Below are positions 37,965 to 49,800 of a DNA stretch of 64,000 nucleotides, piece by piece. The notes beneath the pieces were generated by a model. The model saw only the letters and a program-made list of their open reading frames with translations, made no database searches and was not told the DNA's origin. The stretch is from Octopus bimaculoides. Its lineage: Eukaryota. The position numbers and the translations under genes are program-made. Each line of letters opens with the position of its first letter. Position 1 is the stretch's first letter. The stretch lies in the NCBI RefSeq assembly GCF_001194135.2, contig NC_068991.1, positions 56,039,972 to 56,103,971 of the forward strand. Reading direction: 5' to 3'.

Positions 37965-40954
37965 CACATAGACCCATATGTATTTGCCCACTACTGCTTG
38001 ACGTGTATTGGTGTGTTTATATCCCCCATAATTTAACAGTTCAACAAGAGTCCAACAGAATAAGTACCAGAGGAAGTACTGGGGTCAGTTTGTTCAACTA
38101 AACTTTTCAAGCCATTATTCCAGCATGACTGCAATCCAGGGACTGAAACATGATATGCATAAGCTCAAGAGAAATAGGTTTTGTATTACAAAACACTGCA
38201 CTGATAGCAAAATGTAATTTTAAGAGATGTATTTAACTGACCCTACATTCACTCTACATGTGATGCCATCAATTGATTAATACCTTCAAGAAATATAGCT
38301 TTTATTGCCTCTGTATCTCTAATGAATAGTTTTAAGATTGTTATCTATAGGCTTATAAAAGTGTGGCTTTCAATTCTGACTCAGAATGGCTTGAATTGGA
38401 TGTCCTTTTTTGTGTGCATTTATTGTAAAGATGTAAAACCATCCCTATTTCATTAATAGTGACAAGATATCCTTGATCTAATATTTCCATCATTATTTAC
38501 CAGAAAACTTTGGTTTTATTTTTATGTTACTGTAACTTTTGAAAAAGGCTTGGGAAGGATTTACTGCTGCAAAGTTATAAAACTTTTGATGTAACAATTA
38601 CAAACTAAGACTGGCATCTTAAGAGATTTATCTTTATTTAACATCAAGAAACTACAACTAAGCACTAACCTTTAAAAGCTCTTCAGATGTTTAAACGTCT
38701 CTTTACTCCTGTGATTGCTGCAACATAAATAGCTGTTATTTCAGTTTGTTTTTGGTGACCAATGCAATAAACCTTATTTTTCCTCATGTATAATATGGAA
38801 ATAAGCAAATAAGCCTTCTACTAGTCACAGACTCCTTTTACACCTAAGATTCAAAAGTTCAGTTACTTCTATCAGCACTTATTATCCTCATCATATTGTC
38901 TGCCAGTTATAGATAGACATGGGCAACCTTTTTTGAGAAGCAAGCCATATGAAATGTTCTTTATAACATTACTTTAAAAAATTCAAGATAATTTTTTATT
39001 GGCATGCCATTCCAAAATTCCTGTGGGCTGCAACTTGCTCATGACTGGTCTGGCTCATTTCTTAATAATAATGTCTAACAGCTACTGAGAGTATATTCCC
39101 TCTTATTTTACACATTTCTTTTGCTCTCCCTTGGCAGTTAAACTGAGGAACTTTGGTAGACAAATCTTGGAAAATGATTAATTACTTGGCATGCTAGATT
39201 AGCTATGGCATTGAATTGTTTATCTTCAGACACTGGGTACTAGTTTCATCTTTTCCTGTTGTTTGTGTTGAAGACAGCAGTCACTCTGCTTTATAGCTTG
39301 GTTTTTAATTTTGCTACTGGAAAGAAAATGTATTTTCCCTATCTGAATACTCTCTCAGGATTTTTTATTACAGAAGAGCTGACAGAATGCTTAAATGATA
39401 CAGACATAGTTTGGTGTTAAAAGTTATTCCTTCCTAAATTACCAGACCTTTTATTGGTAACAAGAACTGTTATCTTTGAAAAAACATTTTCTTTTTCTTC
39501 CTTTTTCTGTTTTGTTTTTTGTATATATGTATTGCAATGACAGGTTTTAAATTGGCAATGTTCTGTGTCATTGTTTTAGGTGATGTTTTAAATGTTTTCT
39601 GCAGAGATTTTGAAAAACAAATTATTCTTATTTTATTTATTATTTGTTTATAGATTCTGTAGAATATATTTATTGTAAGATATGTTGTCTTCACATTCTT
39701 CATTTACAACAGATTAAGAACTGGAAAAAAAAAAATAAAGAATACTTTTAACATCTTATTTAACCAAAGCGTTATTTGTATGTGTGTATGTATATATATG
39801 TGTGTGTGTATATTTTTCATGTTAATATGTTATGTATGTGTTAATTTTTCTGTGATGTTTACTGCTTTTGAACAAATCTGGTAATTGAGGCTATGTATGA
39901 GACAAGTGACTGAAAATTAATGTAACAATTTATTCATGCTAAATAAAAAGATTATAAATGAATGGATAAATAAATAAATGAAATATTGTTTCCATATCCA
40001 GTGGAGAGTAAGTCTGCACTAAGACAAAGCATGTAAAATATTAAACAGAAATGACTGTGGAATTTGAATAAAACAGAAAATTGCTTCTCCTACTGCTATA
40101 ATGGCTTTATTATTATTTTATGTTTGGAAGGAGTGAATACTTGTTCATGGCTCATAACTTTTCTTTAAAATTTGTCATTTTATTTGTTGGCATTCCATAT
40201 TTTGTTGGACTAAATAACCCGGCTTGCTGCAAACAGGGCAAGCTGCTCTGGTGAGAATTTTCCTTTTAAGTGTGAATTTTGAAATTTGAATTTGCTAATA
40301 TAATATTTTAAAGCAAAAATATCAGTATGACTTCTCAAATCAAGGGAAGTGATGGCTGTTGAAATAGCCACTGTGACATTGTTTTCCAACCACTAGTTGA
40401 TATGGTCAAGAAACAAAGTAAAGACTGCAGCAGTAGCAACAAGTAAGATATATTTAAAAATGACACAAGCACAACCTCCACCTCCACAGACAATAATAAA
40501 ATGACTACAGTGGCCTTTCTTTTTCTAAGCAGAATAGGAACAGTTTTGCACAACCTTGTTGGAAAAGGGAAAAAGTTGAGTTGTCACAAAAAATGTTGAG
40601 CAACGCTAAGCTGCACTTAACTACGAATGGTAGGACAGTCTGCCTTAACACACTGGAGGAAGTACGAGAAGACACTAAGAGAAAAACAATTGTACATAAA
40701 TGTATATCATTAAAGATGAGACTGGACTGAGTGACACAGGTCCAGATTGAAAAATGCTTGAGACCAGTTTGGGGTTTAAAACTTATGTTGCCTGTGGGAG
40801 ATTCTTTGGCACAATTGAGGTAAATATTCTTTTCTACTCTAGGCACAAGGCCCGAAATTTTGGGGGAGGTGGGGCAGTTGATTAGTTCAATCCCCAGCAT
40901 GCAACTGGTATTTATCGACTCCCAAAAAGATGAAAAGCAAAGTCGACTTGAATT

Positions 40955-41190
40955 AACCAAGAAAAGTTAGTGCGCCTGCAGCTTAGCACCTGGAGAGGCA
41001 GGTCCATGCTGTCCAATAACACGATACGCTGGATGGAGGGACAAGTTAAATCGCTTGGTCCAGATCTCCAGGTGGAGAAGAACTGGGACAAGGTGATGAG
41101 GAAGGTAGCCAATCTCAACCAAAAATGGGCTGAGAGGAAGCTATTTCTGAAAGGTCAAGCAGAGGTGGCAAATGCTTATATCACCTTCCG
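40955..41190 (+). mobile_element. Tx1/L1-like LINE ORF2 fragment
   Basis: GPDLQVEKNWDKVMRKVANLNQKWAERKLFLKGQAEVANAYI resembles the post-RT region of Tx1-clade elements (recalled). Confidence 0.6.
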
Positions 41191-41479
41191 TGTTTTGCCT
41201 CAGTTTATATCTGACCAAGCTAGAGTACATACCCTTTCACTTTCTGTGGAAAGAACATATTCCACTAGTCAGGTGCTCCATTTGCTGTCAACATCATTAT
41301 ATTTTACTGCCTGGCTGTCATGTTTTCTCACAACTACTTCTAAGGTAGCAAAAACGACTAGCAGCAGCAATACCAATATGATTTGCAACAACAGAGCTAC
41401 ATCATTTACAAACATAGATGGAGGTGGAACATTCATTTGATGACAGTAATTTGATTGCTTACTTCATTTATTTGGGTTG

Positions 41480-42209
41480 CAAATCAAACTTCTACAGGAA
41501 ATAGCATACTGATTGATTCTGGGCACAACACGGCAGCTGGCTTCAATAGGGAATGAAGCTGCATACCATCCTTTGACAAGTGTCTCATTAATCAAATCCT
41601 GAAAATTGTCTTTCTTTAACAAGTAAAATATGTCCAGTCTCTCTTCTTGGGATATTATGAGCTCAGCTACTATGATTGTTTTTGTCTTCTTAGATAAAAG
41701 TAGTAGGTCTGGTATGAACAATGATACGAGCAACCCTTCTAGAAAGAAACCCTTCATATTCACTTGAATCTCCCAGTAGAAAATGGGTCACCAACTGCTG
41801 CTTTTGCCTTAGATGCATCATCAACTTCCCTTAGGAATCTGATACCTTCAAGTGGTTATGTCTGCTACTTGCTGGTTTTAACTCTGTTGGTCTGTCTGAT
41901 AATTTCTGTAAGGATTCTACCACCGCTGGGAATCTAGTCAAAATTTGCTCAAGGTGTAAAGAGTTGCTTTGCACTCCTTAGCAGATGGGTTTTCCTCTTT
42001 GCCATAGATTTTAAAGTTATTTGGGATATGCAAGAGGTCAGCAACAGCACACATAAGGAAAGACAATTTTTTCTCTGGTCCAGAGTTCTCCAGAAGAAAG
42101 TGGTTACTCCCAGTGCCTGATCCCACTGTATCCATTGTCCCTGGCAAGCAGATCTTACTACTTTTACATGATGATCTTTCTCTATTGAATCATAGATCCT
42201 CTTCACCAT

Positions 42210-42259
<50 letters not shown>

Positions 42260-42430
42260 CCCCTGAGATTGGTATTTTTTCGACCCCTTGATGCTGTAGT
42301 TGAAAAGTCCTAGCCATCTTTGACAGCCTACTCCAACAATCTCCTGGTGCCTCTAGTACGTTTCATCTCCCTTCATAGCTTCCTGCGGTTTCCACTTCTT
42401 TTCCTATCACCTATTCTAGTTTTGGCATGT
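41480..42430 (-). mobile_element. HERO/R2-like non-LTR element 3' part (restriction-like endonuclease), interrupted by (CT)n
   Basis: Minus frames give RKWKPQEA...RHQEIVG, QGQWIQWDQAL, IPNNFKIYGKEENP, then PDLLLLS...IVAEL...KGW...FPIEASCR (REL PD..D/E motif). Confidence 0.7.
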
Positions 42431-42499
42431 CCAACTTTCATCCTCAAATGATAGCAATATACTGACTGTTCTTACTTTAGTGACTCTGAAATTTTCTAC

Positions 42500-43850
42500 T
42501 ACTTATGGAATTGTTGAGGGAAGATCAGAAGTTGACGCGTGGAAAATTGTTGGACTGTCCCACTACCTTCACACTAATATATTACCCAATCTCTCCATTG
42601 CCTCCACCTTAGTCACGGTGGAATCATAAAGCTTTCGGGTATGATGCCATATGGGAAACACCACACCTTAAACTTCCAAGTAAGTGGATTTTGTTCACAG
42701 CCCATTCAGTTTTAAATTAATCCTCCAATTAAACTGAAAATTATTTCATTTTCTCCTCGTCGATTTACTGCGATTCTGTTAAAACTCACAAAAATAAAAA
42801 CTTAATGGAATTAAAAGTTAGAGTACAAGGGACATAACTCAGCCGTTAATAAGTAGTCTCCCTTGTCTGCCAGCGTTCCAATTTGAAAGAGCAGTAAATT
42901 CAACAGAGGCAAAAAATATTGCAGCTGTTGTATATATTGAACAACATTTACCAGAGAATTTCTCCTCCTTGATGGATAACTATAAGAGGTAAATATTAAA
43001 AAAATCTGATGGTTTCTTTTAAGGAATAATAAACTCTAACGAATACTTACACTGAATTAACTCTGCTAGAATTATCCAAAGACTATTAGTTGTTGTTGAT
43101 TAACCCTGAAAGTCATTTCACCGTTATTGTCTAACACTAAGCTTTGACCACCCCCAAGGATCTTGGCTGTTATTTCTAGTAAATCAAGTGACCACATAGA
43201 AGTTCCTTCATTAGCGCGTGAGCCAGTAATGGATCGCTGTGGTGGTGGTTGTGATGATGATGATGATAATGCTGGCGTTGTATGAGGTTTACCTCTAATA
43301 ATCCATCAGAAATTTATGCTATCTATATATATATTATTAAAATATATATATTAACATTTTCTTTCATATTGTTTCAGGCTTTATAAAATCGTCTTTTTTT
43401 TTCCTTAAGTCATCCAAGTATCGAATTACTCAAAGAATTTTTCTAACATAAGCAAAAGGCTTAAATTTAGGAGGAAAGGGATCAGTTGATTTATTCATCC
43501 CTAGTACTTAAATAGTTGTTTATCGAATACCGAAGGAAGAAAGGCGAAGTTAACCTCAGTAGAATTTGAACTCAGAACGTAAAGCTCAGTAGTTCAATAT
43601 TGTGAAGTGTAGTGTTCAACGCTCCAACGACACTAACGACTTTTCTGATATATATGAAAGTATATTTTAGAATATTTTGATAATAAAAATTGCCTGAAGA
43701 ATGTATATGAGAAGTCGTATAAAAGTCAGTTGTATTTGATGTCATCCTTGACGCATTTGATCACTCCGGGTCCTATAAGCGAAGCTGGGCCGACCATAAA
43801 ATTTTAATGCACTAAAAATCTTTGCTTGAATATGCGCTGCTGAAAATGAA
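42500..43850 (+). promoter_or_regulatory. Possible promoter / non-coding first exon region of the BTB gene
   Basis: Visibly more CpG dinucleotides than the surrounding DNA; candidate donor CAA|gtaagt at 42680; the ATG exon starts with an acceptor, so an upstream UTR exon is implied. Confidence 0.3.
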
Positions 43851-44830
43851 GTGCATCTAATATGCCAGTGCATCTTTTATGCCATCAAGTACAACATAAG
43901 TCATCATGTAAAAAATCTCAATAGTATTTCAATCAGTTGGAATGCTGTAGCCTTCAGTAAATTTTCATCCCAACAAAAGTCAGGAAAACGTAGAATGAAT
44001 ATACACTGTTCTACTGGGTACAGATCTAAACTAACTCAGCCATTCATACATTATACATTGTACCGCGGGACTGGGACACATTATAGTTATATGTTTTGAT
44101 AATGGATAGCTTCTACTGAAATATGAAGCAGTGGCAAAGCTGCACTTTGCTCTCTGATTCACATTGCATGCTCTCAACATATTATTGACAGGATCCAACT
44201 AATCAAAGGACCACATTGTGCATCAATATCTTTGGCAGAGTTTTACAGCTGGATATCAACTTCTGATCTTTCCTCAACAGCTTTGCAGAATGCACAGGAT
44301 TGCAACAGCTTTGCAGAATGCACAGGATACCTGTTTTTTTTTTGTTTTTTTTTTATTATTTATGGCACCAACACAAGTGAGGTTGCCTTGCAACTTGCAA
44401 AACTTCGGGCCTAAAAGGGCATCTACAATTGAAGAAGATTAGAAGAGGAAACAATAATTCTGAGGTGAACAGAGAGAATGAGAGAATAAAATATGTTGAA
44501 AGGAATAGATTTATAGTTGTTAGAGGTTGGTGGTAGTGGAGAGAGTAAGAGACACCATTGGAATAGTGATTAGGTGTGGGGGTGAAGGAATGGAGGAAGT
44601 GCTTGTCATCTTGTTTTCTATCCCTGTATTTATACAGTGTCTCAGATTAGATTCTACATTTGTAACACCTGCAAGTAGGGTCTACTTGTCCAAAGCCAGA
44701 CTTGCTAGTCATATGAAGTTTCATAACAGTACTTTATAATCGAAGAAATTGGATTTTTTCTGTAAAGAAGTGACAATCTATAAGCAGTGTCCTAGATTAG
44801 ATTTTAAATGAAGAGTTGTGACCTGTGTAA

Positions 44831-45385
44831 GTGGAGGTGCATGGCTGAGTGGTTAGGGTGTCAGCATCATGATCGTAAGATTGTGGTTTCGATTCCTGGA
44901 CCAGGTGGCGCGATGTGTTCTTGAGCAAAACACTTCATTTCCCCTTGCTCCAGTTCACTCAGCTGGCAAAAATGAGTAATGCTGCAATGGACTGGCATCC
45001 CATCCAGCTAGGGAACACGTATGCCATTGAAACCGGGCCCATGAGACTGACTAGGCTTTAAAAAGGGCACATTTATCTATTAGTGGAGGCGCAATGGCCT
45101 AGTGGTTAGGGCAGCAGACTCGCGGTTGGAGGATCGTGGTTTCGATTTCCAGACTGGGCGTTGTGAGTGTTTATTGAGCGAAAACATCTAAACTCCATGA
45201 GGCTCCGGCAGGAAGTGGTGGCAACCCCTGTTGTACTCTTTCGCCCCAACTTTCTCTCACTTTTTCTTCCTGTTTCTTGAGTAACGCTGCGATGGACTGG
45301 CGTCCCATCTAGCTGGGGTGGGGGCACAGACGCCATAGAAACCGGGAAACTGGGCCCATGAGCCTGGCTAGGCTTTGAAAGGGCA
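44831..45385 (+). mobile_element. Two adjacent tRNA-derived SINEs (44831-45075, 45083-45385)
   Basis: A-box tggc..agtggttag and B-box gtttcgatt heads; shared gatggactggc-tcccatc-agct core and gggcccatgag...ggcttt tail. Confidence 0.8.
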
Positions 45386-45879
45386 AAAAGAAAAGAGACC
45401 TGTGTAGGTGTTGAAATTCTCTCTCTTCCTCCTCTCTCTCTCTCTGCCTTTCTTTAACCTCACCATCAGAACACCACCCCTCTGTTAAAATTATATTTTC
45501 AACTCTCCTCCTCTATATCATTACTACCTTCAACTAACTTTTTCAACCACATAATATTATGTTCCCTCTACTTCATGTCACAGATGTTTCTATCTCTTTC
45601 TTTTTTCTCTCTGTTTTTCTCACTCCCTCTTTTTTCTTTCTCCCTCTTCCTGTCTCACTCTGCTTTATCCTCTTTTTCTCTCTCCTTTTTCTTTCTCCTC
45701 TCTTTCCCTTCAACTAATTATGTGAAAGCAATACAATTATATTCCCTCTATCTCGCGTCAGGAACGCTTCTCCCTCCCTCTTTTTCTCTCACTCTTTCTT
45801 TCTCCCTCTTTTCTCCTAATCATGTGAAAGTATTATAAATGGGCTAAGTAATGGAATGACAAGCAAAATTATTATAAGA

Positions 45880-46095
45880 TACTCCAGAAGAGAATCACCA
45901 AATTAATTCTTCAAGGTGTGCCATCCAGCAGGAGACCTAGGGGAAGACTATGAGCAAGATGGCTGGATGATATCCATAGTCTCATTTGGTCATACTTGGG
46001 AACCCAGCAGGAAAGTGTAATGATGGTTGCTTCTGATATGTCTCCATAGAGGAGATAATTGAGGATTCTATCCCCACAACCCTCTCATGAATAGT
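45880..46095 (+). mobile_element. RTE LINE 3' end fragment
   Basis: PEERITKLILQGVPSSRRPRGRL*ARWLDDI..LIWS..LG, typical RTE C-terminus; same family as the 26.1-27.8 kb copy. Confidence 0.7.
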
Positions 46096-46505
46096 GGTCA
46101 GAAAAATGGCGATAAATTTGTCAAACTGCATCATTTACAGAATAGTAAGATCTTTCATTAATCCTTTAGCATTCAGATTATTCTGTCAGATTTAATGCTT
46201 ATTTAGTCACGTTGTTTAAAATTAATCACTTATTATCTTGTAGTATTAAAATTTCAATGGTGTGATTGTTTATTTTTAGAATGACATTGTAGAGTAGATG
46301 TGAAATGACAAGATCTGGCTGGTTTTGAACACAGAACAGGTAGAATATTTGGGCTGGATATGGCCAGTTTAAATGCTGTGGGTTTAAGCATCAAACTATC
46401 TTGAATTTAAAAGTTATTCTTAGTTTGATTCAATGTTCAATTTCTTTTTCTTTGACCTTGTTTTATATTTTGTTAATGTTCTTTTCAAAGTTTTCCTTAG
46501 GAATT

Positions 46506-46851
46506 ATGGGTACACGATTCAGTCAAGGTCGGCGGAAACCAGTCCCAAATGAAAAACCTCCATATGTCTCTGAGAATGAACAAACTACATATGTCTCTAA
46601 GAAAGAAATCAACTATTTAACAAAGATATTTCAATTTGTCAACAACGACAGAAAGAAGGGTGAATTCTGTGACACAATAGTTGCGTCGAGAAATCAGTAC
46701 TTCATGGTACATAGTATAATGCTCGCATGCAATAGTTATATTTTCCGCAACATAACTGAGAGATATAGCAATCACAACAAGCGTTTAACTATATATGTGG
46801 ATTCCATTAAACCACACATATTTGAACTGTTGCTTGAGTACATATATACAG
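46506..46851 (+). CDS. BTB gene first coding exon (MGTRFSQG...BTB domain)
   Basis: ccttag acceptor at 46500, gaattATGG Kozak context (A at -3, G at +4), G|gtaaga donor, phase 1. Confidence 0.88.
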
Positions 46852-49800
46852 GTAAGACATCTCTGATGTATAGTTATATTCAGATAGTTGTAGGTTTGAT
46901 GGCTGATGCTAGTTTGTTTGCAGTGTTTTTGTATTCTGATTTTAAAAAAATAAATGTACATGTTTATTCTTCTGAGCAGTTAGAGAAAGGCTTAGTAGAA
47001 ATAATTGACATTATTGCTAGGAATATGATACAAATAAATTCAAAGTTGGTCTTAATTAGCACATCAATAATAATGCTATTTCCAGTAACAACATATTTAA
47101 ATGAAGTTGTAAATGATTGGGTCTTATAGGGATCATTTCATATCTTATAATCAGCACTGTTTGATGAGGCATTTAAGATTCATACAGTGACATTATCATT
47201 GTTTATGAAAGGTTGCCAATTTGAGTCATTCGATGAAACCTAAGAAATATGGAAGAAATATGCCTCTCGGTCCAGGATTTGAAATCATGATCTTATGATC
47301 ATAAGTGCAACACAGTCACCTCTAGGTCACAACCCTACATCATTGTCATCATTTATGATGTAAGCTGGTGGTTTAGTGGTTAGTGTGTTGCACTCATAAT
47401 CACAAGATCGTGATTTTGAATCTCAAATAAAATATTGATTAAATATTTAAGTTGATTAAAATTGATTGTGCTTTTCTCCTAAGATTTGTGACCTCGTGCC
47501 AAAATTTGAGATTAATATTTTAGCATACCTTTTTCCCCTCAACTACCACATAAACAAGATTTTATAATTGATTTTCTTAAATTTTGGTTTCAGGTAAACT
47601 GGGTTTGAAAAGAACGAATGTTGCCGAAGTTTCCATGGCCGCAATGGATTTGAAAATCCCAACTATCTGTGAACTTTGCACTAATTTCATTCAAGATATG
47701 GATTTAGAACAAGCTCTAATAATTATTTTAACCAAAAACATACCGCTTTCAAATCAAGTTTTTCGTATGGCTTTCCAGTTCGTTGAGAATAACTTCAGTA
47801 AAGTTTGTGAACATGAACTTTACATGAAAATAGAGATAAATGTTTTGTCAAGACTTTTATCAAGTGACAACTTAAATATACGATGGGAATTGGAGGTGCT
47901 TGACAACTTACTAAAATGGACCTATCATAGCTTCAAGAATCGAAAGATTTATTTTACAACTCTTATTAAACACGTTCGCTTCACCCAAATGACCATGCAG
48001 GAATTGCGTTATGCTTGCACCATGGCTAAACTGTTCCGAGAATCAAGTGTCTGTGAAATTGTTGTTGCAGAATCTGTTCGGTAACGTTCTCTTGGGTTTT
48101 CTTTTAAGACGTGACATCAAATGTTCATTTTGCCACAAACACACATACACACACACATGAGAAACAAATGCATCTGTACGTGTGTGAGGGAAATTATATA
48201 TCATGTGAATTAATTAACTTTACAAAAGAAAATAATTCTTACCTTAATCAAAAACAGTCTTAGGGTACTAATCCTAAAGGAAAGGTTACAGATCCTTCCA
48301 TTTAGAATTGCAAAATATGCACTACTATATTATTTAGTGTGGAGGCACGTGGCTCAGTGGTTAGGGCATCGGCATCATGATCGTAAGATTGTGGTTTCGA
48401 TTCCTGGACCGGGCGGCGCGCTGTGTTCTTGAGCAAAACACTTCATTTCACGTTCCTCCAGTCCACTCAGCTGTCATAAATGAGTAACGCTGTGATGGAC
48501 TGGCGTCCCATCCAGCTGGGAAACACATACACCATTGAAACAGGGAAACTGGGCCCATGAGCCTGGCTAGGCTTTAAAAGGGCGCATTTATTTATTTATT
48601 ATATTATTTAGTACAGATTTTCAACTGTTATAAAATAATGTGTGTGTGTATGAGAGAGAGAGAGAGAGTGCAGGATGCTAACACCAAACTTAAAAAGATT
48701 TATGACCATTTGCTTAACTAGCTATTCAATACAGTTAAGTGACATAAGGTATGATATGACAAAAGTAGAATTGAATGTCCTGTTTAAACTGAACAAAAAA
48801 ACCTTATGCAGCACATTAAGTTTTAAGATTTTTTGAAAAGAATTGGTGAATGTGGAAACCAGTTGACCATGTCATTCCTCTTGATGAATTAGTGGTGCCT
48901 TTTGTATTAATGTTGTTGTTCAACTTATTTTTGTATCAGACAAAGATATCAGTTACTCAGGGGAGACATAAACCACACAAGTGAAAACCCCAGAAATTGT
49001 TTTAAAACAGCTGAAGAAAATTCTACCACAGTAAGGATTCATTAAAAATAATTATTTTCTTTGTTAATTAATGGTTCTAATTTTGTTGCTAGGCTGAAAA
49101 TATTTAGGAGAGAGAGTTTTCATTCATTTCAATTCCAGTATCGGTAAAGACCCATTTCAGTCATGACTGGCCATGAGATTGCACCTAGAAAGTTCCCCTC
49201 CAAGGCACAAGTTCAGGCAAGGTTGTTTGTGGAAGACCAGCAATCGCCCATGCATACTAGTCTCCCCTCTCCATGCCACTGATGTTATCCAAGGGAAAGG
49301 CAAAGGCTTGATACAGCTTGGTAGCAGTGATGTCACAACATATTTCTACAGCTGAGTGAACTGGAGCCACACAAAATAAAGTGTCTTGCTCATGAACACA
49401 ACACACACCCTAGCCAGGAATTGAACTCACTACCTCATGATTATGAGTCTGACACTCTAACCACTGAGCCATGCACCTTCAGTATTGGTACTTATTTTAC
49501 AAAGCTCAGAAGGATGAATAGTAAAGTCTACCTCAGCAGGATTTGAGGCAGTTTGTTCATTTAAAAAGCAACCCAGTGCATTCACCTTGTGAAAGCAGAC
49601 ATTGGAGCTCAACAGAGCTTTCTGGCTCATTGGTTCCTAGTAAGCTATGCAACTTCTGCCAGCATAGAAAACAAAAACAGAAATTAAATGATGATGAAGA
49701 TGTGTACCTCTCTGTAGATTCTGCCAATGCTAACAGAATTATTTCTACTGGAGAATTGAAAAATAGTAGACACAGCTCTAGGATTACTTACCATCTCATC

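Noticed and set aside
46852-47129. Extension of ORF 46401-47129 past the BTB motif
   Set aside because: Intron read-through; the BTB motif YTG|KL continues at 47594 after a consensus donor.
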